Source: an uncultured Thermoplasmatales archaeon (GTDB lineage Archaea > Thermoplasmatota > E2 > UBA202 > DSCA01). From it: a stretch of 53,407 bases of DNA. The DNA lies in NCBI GenBank assembly GCA_964514975.1, contig CAZESS010000017.1, positions 1 to 53,407 of the forward strand, given 5' to 3'. A model generated the notes under the pieces. That model saw only the letters and a list, made by a program, of their open reading frames with translations. It made no database searches and was not told the DNA's origin. The position numbers were made by a program, and so were the translations under genes. Below, piece after piece: positions 1 through 11,741 of this stretch (the stretch's first letter is position 1; each line of letters opens with the position of its first letter).

Positions 1-96
1 ACATGAGTAAAAGAAACCGCGATGACCCGATGTTAAATAATTTCAGGACACTACAATATGGCATGCAGAGGATAAGTCTTTTATAACCGCCGGTTG

Positions 97-1113
97 ATGA
101 ATACGATAGTGGAGCACGAAGCACGATTCTGGGAAGCGAAAAACGGCAGGGTGCAGTGTCATCTCTGCCCCCATAACTGCGTCATCGCCAACGGCAAACG
201 GGGTATCTGCGGCGTCCGCGAAAACCGGGACGGCAGCCTCATATCGCTCATCTATGCCGCCTGCTCATCCGTCACCCCCGACCCCATCGAAAAAAAGCCG
301 CTCTACCATTTCCACCCCGGCACGCAAGCGCTCTCCCTCGGCACGGTCGGTTGCAACCTCCGCTGCCGGCACTGCCAGAACTTCACGATTTCGCAGGCGA
401 ACCCCGACGAGCACCGCATGATGGAGCTCACGCCCGAGCAGTCGGTGGAGACAGCGAGGCGGCACCGTTGCCAGGGTATCGCATACACCTACAACGAGCC
501 CTCAACCTGGTGGGAGTACACCCATGACAGCGCGAAGCTGGCGAAGGAGGCAGGTCTATATACTGCCTACGTCACCAACGGGTATACCAGCTCGGAGGCG
601 ATACGGCACATAGCGCCATATCTCGATGCGGCCAATGTCGACGTGAAAAGCATGAACGACGACTTCTACCGCGACGTCTGCAAGGCGAGGCTGCAGCCCG
701 TACTCGACGCCTGCACAATCTATCGTGACGAGGGTGTCCATCTCGAGCTTACCTACCTGGTTATCCCTGGCCACAACGACGGCACAGAGGACATCAAAAC
801 ATTTTCATCATATGTCCGCGATGAGCTCGGCGCCGACGTCCCGGTGCATTTCTCCGCGTTTTATCCCACCCACAAGATGACCGACGTGCCGCGCACCACC
901 AAGCAGCAGCTGCTCAAGGCATATGACATCGCCGCTGAAGCAGGGCTGCGCTACGTTTACCTGGGCAACGTTCCCCACGGCGACTACGAGAACACCTACT
1001 GCTCGAGCTGCAACGAGTTGCTCATCGAGCGCCATGGCTTCACCGCGCAGATACACGGGCTTGACGGGACGCGCTGCGGAAACTGCGGCGAAGAAATACC
1101 TGTGGTTCGGTAG
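97..1113 (+). CDS. amrS: AmmeMemoRadiSam system radical SAM enzyme
   Basis: N-terminal CHLCPHNC..GICGVR, DPIEKKPLYHF, CxxxCxxC (GCNLRCRHCQN), YTYNEP, C-terminal CxxC pairs; start could be 94, 97 or 109. Confidence 0.92.
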   Translation: MNTIVEHEARFWEAKNGRVQCHLCPHNCVIANGKRGICGVRENRDGSLISLIYAACSSVTPDPIEKKPLYHFHPGTQALSLGTVGCNLRCRHCQNFTISQANPDEHRMMELTPEQSVETARRHRCQGIAYTYNEPSTWWEYTHDSAKLAKEAGLYTAYVTNGYTSSEAIRHIAPYLDAANVDVKSMNDDFYRDVCKARLQPVLDACTIYRDEGVHLELTYLVIPGHNDGTEDIKTFSSYVRDELGADVPVHFSAFYPTHKMTDVPRTTKQQLLKAYDIAAEAGLRYVYLGNVPHGDYENTYCSSCNELLIERHGFTAQIHGLDGTRCGNCGEEIPVVR

Positions 1114-1187
1114 ATTACCCGGTCGTTAACCCGTATCGGCGGGACTGGAAGGAATGGAGGTCGCTGGTTGGTGGAGGAACCGGGTTC

Positions 1188-1349
1188 GTGGTCCTGGCAA
1201 TCTATATGGTTGCCCTGTCCACGCTGCCCGGCGCAAAAGGAGCGACGGGAGCAGGAGGCCTGGACATGATGCAGATCGGTATCCTGTTTGCCGCCGTCGG
1301 GATAGCCATGGTAATCTCGGGGTTGTACTCAGAAAGCCATGAAAAATAA
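1188..1349 (+). CDS. small two-TM membrane protein (53 aa, not in ORF track)
   Basis: GGAGG at 1173-1177, then GTG; MVLAIYMVALSTLPG...MMQIGILFAAVGIAMVISGLYSESHEK*; two hydrophobic stretches; start uncertain because the frame is open further upstream. Confidence 0.5.
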   Translation: MVLAIYMVALSTLPGAKGATGAGGLDMMQIGILFAAVGIAMVISGLYSESHEK

Positions 1350-1420
1350 GAGCAGAAGGATTAAGTGAATACGGTGACCCATCTGCTCTTTTCACAGTCC
1401 TCCCGTGCCTTCACCCGTAT

Positions 1421-2326
1421 CTACCTTTGCAGCTCGTCCTGCAGCTGGCATGCCCGGCAGACGGGCTGCGACGATGGCTCGTCGCACCGCTCACATGGCT
1501 GCAGTTCTGCCGGTGGGTATAGCTCGCTGAGGCACTCCTCGATGTCCAGGTAGCTGCTGAGGATGCTGTGACGGGTGCCCGGCCGCCGTGCTTCCATGTC
1601 CATGATGATGTCGCGGAACAGGCCGCGATGCGCCTCGACCGCATACGGGCATTCGTCCTCCAGCACATCGAGGCCGCGAAGCAACGCATAGAGCGTGCAT
1701 TCCTTCTCGGTTATCGAGCGCAATGGCACCAGCCGGGGTACCAGCCCGGGCTGTACCGTCTCGTGGGGCGCGAACCGTGCCATGCGGCGCATGTCTCCGT
1801 TGACAAAGTTCATGAGGATGCTCTGCGACACGTCGTCCAGGTTGTGGCCCATCACCAGTGCAGCAGCCCCGATGTTTTTGGCCTGCAGGTTGAGACACTG
1901 CCGGCGGAACACGCCGCAGTAGGCGCATGCTCCGAGCTCGCCTCCCCGGGCGGCGATGTCGTCCATCGTCATGCCTATGATGTCTTTAAACGAGATGACA
2001 TGATGGGGCATGTCAAGCTGTTCACAATGCCGGGCTGCGACCTCGAGCGATATCGGCCGGTAATCGGCGATGCCCTCGTCGACCGTGATGGCGTGGAGCT
2101 CCCGGCTGCGATGCGGCCCGACGATGTCGTGCAGGATGTGCAGCACGGTGAGGCTGTCCTTGCCTCCCGACAACGCGACGGCGATGACGCCCTCGGGCAA
2201 TCCCTGTTTCCGTATGTCGCGCATCACCCGCTGTTCCACGTAGTCAGCGAAGTGCTCCCGGCAGAGATGGGTGCCGTTGTATCGGATGTAGGTGATTGCT
2301 TCCCCGGGGCATTTGCTGCATCTCAT
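1421..2326 (-). CDS. tRNA 2-thiolation protein (NcsA/Ncs6/TtuA-like, TIGR00269 family)
   Basis: PP-loop [22 protein letters not shown]- and C-terminal zinc fingers. Confidence 0.9.
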   Translation of the reverse strand: MRCSKCPGEAITYIRYNGTHLCREHFADYVEQRVMRDIRKQGLPEGVIAVALSGGKDSLTVLHILHDIVGPHRSRELHAITVDEGIADYRPISLEVAARHCEQLDMPHHVISFKDIIGMTMDDIAARGGELGACAYCGVFRRQCLNLQAKNIGAAALVMGHNLDDVSQSILMNFVNGDMRRMARFAPHETVQPGLVPRLVPLRSITEKECTLYALLRGLDVLEDECPYAVEAHRGLFRDIIMDMEARRPGTRHSILSSYLDIEECLSELYPPAELQPCERCDEPSSQPVCRACQLQDELQR

Positions 2327-3438
2327 GATTTACGTCCAAAAATCCGCTCGCTCCAGGACTGCGCCGTCTCGACGTCCATCTCGTCTGCCAGCTCCTGAAT
2401 GAGCTCTTTCTGCCGTGCCGTGAGACTGGTGGGCACATCCACCGCTATCCGTACGACGAGGTCTCCGTGGCCGCTGCCGCGCAGATGAGGCATCCCCTTC
2501 TTTTTGACGGTGAAGGTTTCGTCGTTTTGCGTTCCAGCCGGGATGTCCAGCGTGGAGCTTCCGTTCATCGTCGGAACCTCGACCTGGCCGCCCAGCGCCG
2601 CCATGGGAAACGAGATGCGTTTGGTGGTGAGCAGGGTGTCGCCCCGCCGCTGGAATGTATCATGTGGCCGGATGTGGACTTCGACGTACATGTCGCCAGA
2701 TGGTGCGTTCTTTTCGCCTGCTTCGCCCTCGCCGGCCAGCCGGAGGCGCATGCCGTTCTGTACCCCTGGAGGTATCTGGACGGTGATGCTGCGCTTCTGC
2801 CGGACGGTGCCGTCGCCGTCGCATCGCTTGCATGGCTCCTCGATTATGGTGCCGTCGCCGTCGCATCGCGGACAGACGGTTATTTGGGTGAAATGGCCGA
2901 AGGCGGTGTGGCTGCTCTGTTGCACCTGGCCGTCGCCGTTGCATTTCGGACATGTTGTAACGTCGCTGCCGGGCGCCGCGCCGCTGCCGTCGCATTTGGG
3001 GCAGCTTTCGCGGCGGTTCAGGGTGATCTCCTGCTCGTTGCCATGGTAGGCGTCCTCCAGCGATATCTCGAGCTTGTAGAGGATGTCCCTGCCTCGCCGT
3101 CGCCGTTGTTGTCCGCCGAAGCCGCCGAAGAACCGCTGGAACAGGTCGCCGAACCCCATGTCCCCGAAGATGTCGGAGAAGTCGGCGCCGCGGAAGATGT
3201 CCTCGTAGCTGTATTCCTGGTCGATGCCCGCGTGGCCGTAGCGGTCGTAGCGCTGCCGTTTTTCCGTGTCGGATAGCACCGCGTATGCCTCGGATATCTC
3301 CTTGAATTTTTCTTCCGCGTCGGGGTCGTCGGACTTGTCTGGATGGTATTTGAGCGCGAGCTTGCGGTAGGCTTTTTTTATCTCCTGCTGTGACGCGTTT
3401 TTGTCGACGCCGAGCACGTCATAGTAGTCTTTCGGCAT
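2323..3438 (-). CDS. dnaJ: chaperone DnaJ
   Basis: J domain with HPD, G/F region, four CxxCxGxG repeats. Confidence 0.98.
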   Translation of the reverse strand: MPKDYYDVLGVDKNASQQEIKKAYRKLALKYHPDKSDDPDAEEKFKEISEAYAVLSDTEKRQRYDRYGHAGIDQEYSYEDIFRGADFSDIFGDMGFGDLFQRFFGGFGGQQRRRRGRDILYKLEISLEDAYHGNEQEITLNRRESCPKCDGSGAAPGSDVTTCPKCNGDGQVQQSSHTAFGHFTQITVCPRCDGDGTIIEEPCKRCDGDGTVRQKRSITVQIPPGVQNGMRLRLAGEGEAGEKNAPSGDMYVEVHIRPHDTFQRRGDTLLTTKRISFPMAALGGQVEVPTMNGSSTLDIPAGTQNDETFTVKKKGMPHLRGSGHGDLVVRIAVDVPTSLTARQKELIQELADEMDVETAQSWSERIFGRKS

Positions 3439-3441
3439 GCT

Positions 3442-5266
<1,825 letters not shown>

Positions 5267-5289
<23 letters not shown>

Positions 5290-5782
5290 TTGTATCACCT
5301 TTTGAGACTACGACATATGCTGGTTTGAGGATGCTGTCGCCCAGCCGGTATCCTTTTCTGACTTCGTCGATGATGACGCCCTCGTCGTGCTCATTGCTGC
5401 ATTCGGTGGCGACGGCGTGGTGGCAGGTGTAATCGAAGGAGGCGCCGACGGTGTCGATTTCTTCGATGCCCTCGTCCTCCAGCATCCGCTGGAACTGTTC
5501 CGTGACCAATGTGAGCCCGTCGTCGTTGATGTCGTCGCTGGCAGCGGCGAGGTTCTCGTATATATCGATGAACCTGGTGAGCAGTCGTTTTCGCTCCGCC
5601 CTGACGGCTTCCTCCGTTCGCTGCCGCATTCGTTTTTTGTAGTTGTCGAAGTCGGCGAGGAGGCGAAGGTAGCGCTCCCGGGCGTCGTCGAGCTCGGCGT
5701 TGCATGCGGCCTGCTCCGCGTCGCTGCTTGATGCGACCTCTGATGCTGCGTCAGCGTTCGCTCTCTCTTCTGATGACTCCAT
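5267..5782 (-). CDS. grpE: nucleotide exchange factor GrpE
   Basis: [12 protein letters not shown], FDxxx[22 protein letters not shown]; overlaps dnaK start. Confidence 0.96.
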
Positions 5783-5846
5783 ATCGGAGAATTGTATAAA
5801 AATTGTTCTATATAAATGTTGTGCAGCCGTTGTTCTGTTGGAAAGG

Positions 5847-5900
5847 CTGATGGAGCAGGGAGGTGAGGAGGAAAAAAAAAAGCGGTCCCTACTCCAGCAG
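5847..5900 (-). ncRNA. candidate hairpin sRNA or leader with U10 tract and anti-SD loop
   Basis: 15-bp stem 5847-5861/5886-5900 (13 WC + 1 G.U on the minus strand); minus-strand TATA-like TTTAAATA at 5925-5932, about 25 nt upstream. Confidence 0.4.
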
Positions 5901-5999
5901 AACTGATGGAATAACGCCAGCCAGTATTTAAATTGTTTTATCAAGACAATTTTGTGCTGACAGCACAACGTATAAATGCGCCGGGGGTATTACAATGCG

Positions 6000-6128
6000 A
6001 TGGCAGACAAGGATGAGGGATGGACAGAAAGAGGCACCTATTCCGGCTACACCATCATGGGCAAGGGCGACAAGCGCCGGCTCGTCGATGAAGAAACCGG
6101 CAACGTCATCACCGAATACAGCCTATAA
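6000..6128 (+). CDS. small hypothetical protein (42 aa, not in ORF track)
   Basis: MADKDEGWTERGTYSGYTIMGKGDKRRLVDEETGNVITEYSL*; host-like codon usage; TATAAAT at 5971-5977 (leaderless spacing). Confidence 0.7.
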   Translation: MADKDEGWTERGTYSGYTIMGKGDKRRLVDEETGNVITEYSL

Positions 6129-6201
6129 CGCCCGGGCACCCCGCCGGGACCGGCATCACCGGCGCCGCACCGCACCAGCACCACACGCTGCGCAGAAACG
6201 C

Positions 6202-6792
6202 CTACCCGTCCTGCCCCACGGCACCGCCATGTAGGTTTTCCACCAGATACCGGATATGACAGATACTCTCCACCACCGTCACCCATCTATATGCCTCCTC
6301 CAGCGTTTCACCGCGCGCAAAGGTGCCATGCCCCCGCAAAAGAGCCGCGCTACTTCGCCGCAAAACAGGTGGCAGTCGACGTTCAACCTCCGCCGAGCCG
6401 ATCGAATCAGCCACGTCAAGCACCGGCACCCGCTCGACATAAAAGCGTCCCTCATCATCCATGGGTACAATCTCGTCGTGCAGCAGGGAAAGCGCAATGG
6501 CATACGGCGTATGCGCATGTACGACGGCGAGCGCCTCCGTTCCCTGATAGATGGCGCGGTGGACGCCCACCTCAGTCGAGGCATCACCGTCGCTGCCTTC
6601 AAATGCATTGACGCCGGTCTCCACGACGTCCCGCTCGCCGAGATATCCCACCATGGCGCCCCGCCGCTTGATAAACATCCGGTCGCCCCGGCGGACGCTC
6701 ATGTTGCCGCTGTGCGACGACAGGTTCAGCCCCCGCCGCTCGAGCATCGCGCCGTAGCGCTGCATCTCCTCAACGATATCGGGGTCCATCAT
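6202..6792 (-). CDS. class II aldolase/adducin family protein
   Basis: SGNMSVR, ASTEVGVHRAIY, VHAHTPY, LLRGHG. Confidence 0.92.
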   Translation of the reverse strand: MMDPDIVEEMQRYGAMLERRGLNLSSHSGNMSVRRGDRMFIKRRGAMVGYLGERDVVETGVNAFEGSDGDASTEVGVHRAIYQGTEALAVVHAHTPYAIALSLLHDEIVPMDDEGRFYVERVPVLDVADSIGSAEVERRLPPVLRRSSAALLRGHGTFARGETLEEAYRWVTVVESICHIRYLVENLHGGAVGQDG

Positions 6793-6827
6793 GATGCAAA
6801 GCCGCCGGCGCATATAAACATTTGTCG

Positions 6828-7592
6828 CTAGGCGCGCTCGAGATCCTCGCCGCCCATGAACACCTTTTGCACCGCCGCGTAGACATCCTCCATGCCCTCC
6901 AGCGTCTCGTTGGACACGGGGATGATGTCGGTGTGCGCCTCCATTTCTTTTATCACGGCCATCATGCCCTCGCTGAGCTGATAATAGAGCGATGGCGCGT
7001 CGACCATCACGGCGTCGTAAAGCTTCTCGGGTCGCTCGCCCCATTCCAGTATCATGTCCAGCGCCTCCTGTTCGACGATGTCCCGCTTGCTCAGCACGTT
7101 GATGAGCGGCACCGGGATGCGAAACTGGGTGATGGCCGAGAGCATGAGCTGCGACACGAAGCTCGTCGGCGTCGTCGCCAGCGAGGGGTCGATGACGAAC
7201 GACAGCATCGCTTTCTCCCGGCTCAACTGGTCTACGATGACCCGTCCGGTGCGACGGAACACGAACAGCTCCAGCTGCCCCGGCGTGTCAAGCAATACGT
7301 AGTCGCTCCGGAACTCGCTGATGCGCCGCTCAACCTCGCCCGCGTTGAGCGCGACCTCGTCAGCGCAGACCACCTGCGCGCCGTTGGGGCCGAGCCCGTA
7401 TTCCTGCATCACGTCCTGCAGCGAGATCCATTCCCGCACGTCCACATGCGGGGTGTAGGGCAGCTCGTCCACGCCCGGGTCAAGGTTCACGGTAATCGCG
7501 TCGAACTCCTGGCGGAGACACCAGTCATGGAACGCAGCCGTCATGCTGCTCTTCCCGGAGCCGGCGGTGCCGACAATGTATATAAAGATCAT
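6828..7592 (-). CDS. GPN-loop GTPase
   Basis: GTAGSGKS, NLDPG, LGPNG, DTPGQLE, SKRD. Confidence 0.95.
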   Translation of the reverse strand: MIFIYIVGTAGSGKSSMTAAFHDWCLRQEFDAITVNLDPGVDELPYTPHVDVREWISLQDVMQEYGLGPNGAQVVCADEVALNAGEVERRISEFRSDYVLLDTPGQLELFVFRRTGRVIVDQLSREKAMLSFVIDPSLATTPTSFVSQLMLSAITQFRIPVPLINVLSKRDIVEQEALDMILEWGERPEKLYDAVMVDAPSLYYQLSEGMMAVIKEMEAHTDIIPVSNETLEGMEDVYAAVQKVFMGGEDLERA

Positions 7593-7593
7593 G

Positions 7594-8919
7594 TTACCGC
7601 CTGAGCCGATGCATGTGCTCCAACCGCTTGTTCACCAGCGCCGCCGTCCCGATGTCATGGCGGATGAACAGATGGTCGCCCTGCACGTGGCCGAGGCAGC
7701 GCTCGCAGATTTTCTCCGCCGTGGATATTTCGTCGGCGACGCCGAGCACGGCCAGGGAGCGTGACGTCGTGGTATACACCTGGTCGTTGTGCTCGTCCAC
7801 CGACGCGTAAAACAGCATGCCGCCTTCCTCCGTGATTTTTTCCTCGTTGACGGCGACGCGGTGCCCATCGTTGGGCTCACGGCCGTAGCCCTCAGGCACG
7901 ACGTATTTGCAGACGGTGCTGGCCTGCCGCATGTCAAGCTGCGTGCCGCCGAGCGTTCCCTCCACCATCGCCATGTTGAGATCCACGAAATCACTCTCGA
8001 TGAGCGGGATGATGTTCATCGCCTCCGGGTCACCCCACCGCGCATTGATCTCGATGACCTTGGGGCCGTCGCTGGTCAGCATGAACTGGCCGTAGATGAC
8101 CCCCCGGTAGGGTTGCCCCTCCCGGCGCAATGCATCGACGATGTGCTGTAAAATGCCGACGGCTTCCTCGTAGTCGCTGCCGTTCATGAAGGGAAGCATG
8201 CCGCTCGTATGGCTGTATGAGCCCATGCCGCCCGTGTTTGGCCCCTCGTCGTTGGGCAGCAGCCGCTTGTGGTCCTGCACCGCCGGCGTCGGCAAAATGG
8301 TCGTGCCGTCGCAGAACGCCTGGACGGTGAACTCCTCGCCGACCGCCCGTTCCTCGATGAGCACCCGGGGGGCGCCGCCGATTTTTTTATCGATAACCCT
8401 CGATGCATAGTCCACTGCGTCATCGACGCTGTGCAGATGGTCCCCGGCGACCCTGACGCCCTTGCCGCCGGTCAGGCCAACTGGTTTGACGGCGACGGCG
8501 CCGCCGTGCCGCTCGATGAAATCCCTCGCTTCCTCGGCGTCGGAAAACGCCCTTGCTGCAAGTGAGCCGGGGATGTCATACCGGTCCATCAAGTCTCGCA
8601 TGTACTCCTTGTCCGTTTCTATCGCCGCTGCCTCTTTCGTCGGTGATGCCACGGCGATACCGGCATCCTTCAACGCGTTGGTGACGCCTGCCTCCTCCGG
8701 GGCCTCCGGGCCGACGATGGCCAGGTCGATGTCGTGCGCCGCCGCATATTCGACGACCGGTTCCACGTTGGTTTCGTCATGCAGGTAAAAGTCGTCTGCC
8801 AGCCGCTTGATGCCCGGGTTGGCGTTTTTCATCACCGCAAAAAGAGGATGCTCGGAGCGGACGACGCCTCTGGAGATGGCGTGCTCGCGGGCGCCGCCGC
8901 CGATGACAAGCACGTTCAT
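7594..8919 (-). CDS. purD: phosphoribosylamine-glycine ligase
   Basis: GGGAREHAI, VGPEAP, GGKGV, QDHKRL..GPNTGGMG, EINARWGDPE. Confidence 0.97.
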   Translation of the reverse strand: MNVLVIGGGAREHAISRGVVRSEHPLFAVMKNANPGIKRLADDFYLHDETNVEPVVEYAAAHDIDLAIVGPEAPEEAGVTNALKDAGIAVASPTKEAAAIETDKEYMRDLMDRYDIPGSLAARAFSDAEEARDFIERHGGAVAVKPVGLTGGKGVRVAGDHLHSVDDAVDYASRVIDKKIGGAPRVLIEERAVGEEFTVQAFCDGTTILPTPAVQDHKRLLPNDEGPNTGGMGSYSHTSGMLPFMNGSDYEEAVGILQHIVDALRREGQPYRGVIYGQFMLTSDGPKVIEINARWGDPEAMNIIPLIESDFVDLNMAMVEGTLGGTQLDMRQASTVCKYVVPEGYGREPNDGHRVAVNEEKITEEGGMLFYASVDEHNDQVYTTTSRSLAVLGVADEISTAEKICERCLGHVQGDHLFIRHDIGTAALVNKRLEHMHRLRR

Positions 8920-8977
8920 ACGCCAATATGTCCGATACGTACTTAAATGTTGACGCTTCCGGGAGGCAGCCACGTCG

Positions 8978-9190
8978 TTATTTTTTGCCGAGCACGCCGG
9001 TTGACAGCAGATGGCAGAGGAGCCGTTTGCCCGACCCGTGGAGCAGTCCATGGTGTTTCCAGTGGCATTTCCGGGTGAACAATCGCCTGGTGTAGTCCTC
9101 GCACAGCAGGCATGTCTTCATGTCCACGGATTCCCGGTGCTTCGGACACCAGACCTCCTGCAGCGTGCTTCCCATCCCAGTCATGAACAT
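8978..9190 (-). CDS. small Cys/His-rich putative metal-binding protein
   Basis: WCPKH...CLLC...CHWKHH; minus-strand TATA (CTTATAAA) at 9213-9220. Confidence 0.55.
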   Translation of the reverse strand: MFMTGMGSTLQEVWCPKHRESVDMKTCLLCEDYTRRLFTRKCHWKHHGLLHGSGKRLLCHLLSTGVLGKK

Positions 9191-9316
9191 ATATCGTCAA
9201 TAAGCCGCCATGTTTATAAGGGACCACAGGGGCGTCCCATCGCATATATAAAATTTGTGCTTTTTCACCTGCAGGGCGAGAAAGGTTTTATATCGATGGC
9301 GGTTTGCAAGCATATT

Positions 9317-10033
9317 ATGCCAGCGGTCATCGAGACCAGGGAGCTCACCAAACGATACGGCGACCTCACCGCCGTCGATGCCGTGACCCTGTCAATCGGC
9401 AAAGGCGAGCTCTACGGACTGCTCGGCCCCAACGGGTCCGGCAAAACAACCACCATAAAGATGCTTACCGGCCAGCTGCAGCCCAGCTCGGGGAGCGCAT
9501 CCGTCGCAGGCATCAACCCCGCCCGATATCCCCTCAAAGTCAGACGGGCGGTCGGAATCATTCCCGAGCAGGAAACCCCGCCCAGCTTTCTCACCGCTGA
9601 GGAATACCTGCAGTTCGCTGCAGCCATCCGTCACCTTGACAGCCCTGAAAAGCACATAGATACCTGGTTCAATCGGCTCGACTTCGCCGGGCAGCGCGAC
9701 ATGCTATGTAAGGATTTATCCAGAGGAACGCGCCAGAAGCTCATGTTCGCCCAGGCGTTCCTCCACGAGCCACCCATCGCCTTCGTCGACGAACCGCTCA
9801 TCAACCTCGACCCCGTCATCCAGCGGACCGTCAAGGACTACATGCTCGACTACGTCGCCCACGAAGGCACCATCTTCCTCTGCACCCATGTCCTCGACAT
9901 CGCGGAGGAAATCTGCAGCAGGGTCGGCATCATCCACCATGGCGCCATCCTCCGCGACCTGCCCATGCAGGAGGCAACCGCCAATGGACAGCGACTCGAA
10001 ACCGTGTTCCTCAAAGCGGTCGGCAGGGCATAG
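9317..10033 (+). CDS. ABC transporter ATP-binding protein
   Basis: GPNGSGKTT, LSRGTRQK signature, FVDEP, CTH. Confidence 0.95.
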   Translation: MPAVIETRELTKRYGDLTAVDAVTLSIGKGELYGLLGPNGSGKTTTIKMLTGQLQPSSGSASVAGINPARYPLKVRRAVGIIPEQETPPSFLTAEEYLQFAAAIRHLDSPEKHIDTWFNRLDFAGQRDMLCKDLSRGTRQKLMFAQAFLHEPPIAFVDEPLINLDPVIQRTVKDYMLDYVAHEGTIFLCTHVLDIAEEICSRVGIIHHGAILRDLPMQEATANGQRLETVFLKAVGRA

Positions 10034-10034
10034 C

Positions 10035-11432
10035 ATGGACATCTTTACCGGGATGATGAAAGAGGAATGGCGTATGCACGCCACCATGTACGGCGGCCGA
10101 TTGTTCGCGCTGTTCCCGCTCATGCTTGCTGGTCTCGCTGCCGTGGGCACAGCCTTCACCTCGGTCCTCGTCCAGGTCATCGACCCCGACACCGTCGCCT
10201 TCATCGCACATTACTCGCTCCTGCTATTCGGCGTCAGCGTCGGCGCGTTCGGGCTGCTCGGCCGCGAGATAATGAACCGGCGCTTCGGCCAGGCCAGCCT
10301 CATCGCCTACAGCGCCCGGAGCCTCCCCGTGTCGGAGCGGCATATCATGACAGCCTTCTACCTCAAGGACGTGCTCTATTACATGCTGCTCTGGGTTTTC
10401 CCCCTGCTGGCCGGCATAGCAGTTATCGCGCCGCTGCTGTCATATGGCAGCGTGGTGCCCCGGCTGCTCCTGTCGCTGCCGCTGGCCTTCCTGGCCGGCC
10501 TGGCCGTCGTGTTCCTCCTGTCCACCATCTACGTTCATTCAAAGCCGCTGCTCGCCGCATCGCTGCTCGCCGGCGCTGCCGCAGGATTTATAGTGGCGCA
10601 GCACTGGGCGCTGCAGCCGGCCATGCTGCTTCCCCCGTACCTGTTCTTCCAGCGGCCCACACCGATGTCGCTCATCATGTCCGGCCTCGTCATCGTGGCA
10701 TGCTCCGTCATCTCGCTTTTGTTCATCAGGGTGGAGTATCCGTCGCGAGAGCGCCGCTACGCCGCAACGCTGCCCTCGCTGGCCGGCCGGCTGCCCGTTC
10801 CGCATTCCTGGATGGTCGCCAAGGACCTGCTTGATTTCACGCGGAGCGAGGGAGGCGTCGGCAAGCTCGTGTTCGGCTTCGGGCTGCCGGCTGTCATGGT
10901 CTGGCTGCTGTTCTATGTTCTCGCGGAGTTCATCCCCATGCTCGATTTTCTACCGGTCTTCGCACTTTTCCTGGGCATCATCGCCTCCTCGCTGTACAAC
11001 TGGCTGACCGAGTTTGACACCCTGGCCGGCTACGCTTTTTTGCCAGTTTCCGTCGCCACCGTTATCCGGGGCAAGGTGATGACCTACCTGCTGCTCATCG
11101 CTGCTCCGCTGGCGGTGCTGCTCGGTGCCACAATGGTGTCCGGCCAGTTCGGGCTGCTCATTCCCGCCCTGTGCGCGTTTGTCGGCATGTCGCTGTATGC
11201 GCTCTCGGCCACCGTGTATCTCATGGGGCTGCATCCCACGGTGCTGATATACAACGCGAAGCTGTTTGGGCTGTACACGGTGATGACCGCGCCCGTCGCC
11301 GTCCTGTTGCTCTTCACGGCGGCGCTGCATCCCTGGCTGCTCTGCACCGCGCTGCTGCTCGTCCCGTTTGCCTGGTACATCCTCCGGCACGGGATGGAGC
11401 GATGGGAGAGATGGGAGTCCCCGGACATCTGA
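10035..11432 (+). CDS. multi-pass membrane protein, likely ABC exporter permease
   Basis: about 12 hydrophobic segments; starts 1 nt after the ATPase stop. Confidence 0.8.
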   Translation: MDIFTGMMKEEWRMHATMYGGRLFALFPLMLAGLAAVGTAFTSVLVQVIDPDTVAFIAHYSLLLFGVSVGAFGLLGREIMNRRFGQASLIAYSARSLPVSERHIMTAFYLKDVLYYMLLWVFPLLAGIAVIAPLLSYGSVVPRLLLSLPLAFLAGLAVVFLLSTIYVHSKPLLAASLLAGAAAGFIVAQHWALQPAMLLPPYLFFQRPTPMSLIMSGLVIVACSVISLLFIRVEYPSRERRYAATLPSLAGRLPVPHSWMVAKDLLDFTRSEGGVGKLVFGFGLPAVMVWLLFYVLAEFIPMLDFLPVFALFLGIIASSLYNWLTEFDTLAGYAFLPVSVATVIRGKVMTYLLLIAAPLAVLLGATMVSGQFGLLIPALCAFVGMSLYALSATVYLMGLHPTVLIYNAKLFGLYTVMTAPVAVLLLFTAALHPWLLCTALLLVPFAWYILRHGMERWERWESPDI

Positions 11433-11471
11433 TACCACAGCGTTCAAATAACCCGGCGGCAATGCAGATAT

Positions 11472-11741
11472 ATGAAGCGAGCGCATGTCTGGGTATCTGG
11501 CAAAGTGCAGGGCGTCTGGTACCGGGCGAACACGCAAAAACAGGCTGACCGGCGTGGCCTTGCCGGATGGGTGCGCAATCTCTCTGACGGACGCGTCGAA
11601 GCGGTCTTCGAGGGCTCCGAGCAAGCGGTGGAGGACATGATACAGTGGTGCCACACCGGCTCCCCGATGGCCCATGTCGACGACGTCGAGGTCGAATGGG
11701 AGAAGCCACGGAACATCGAGGGCTTCGAAATCAAACGCTGA
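11472..11741 (+). CDS. acyP: acylphosphatase
   Basis: VSGKVQGVWYR, GWVRNLSDGRVE. Confidence 0.96.
   Translation: MKRAHVWVSGKVQGVWYRANTQKQADRRGLAGWVRNLSDGRVEAVFEGSEQAVEDMIQWCHTGSPMAHVDDVEVEWEKPRNIEGFEIKR

Noticed and set aside
6793-7044. N-terminal extensions in the ORF track (aldolase, purD, grpE, arsR, rpl15e, tautomerase and others)
   Set aside because: They overlap upstream genes or promoters; starts were trimmed to where family similarity begins.
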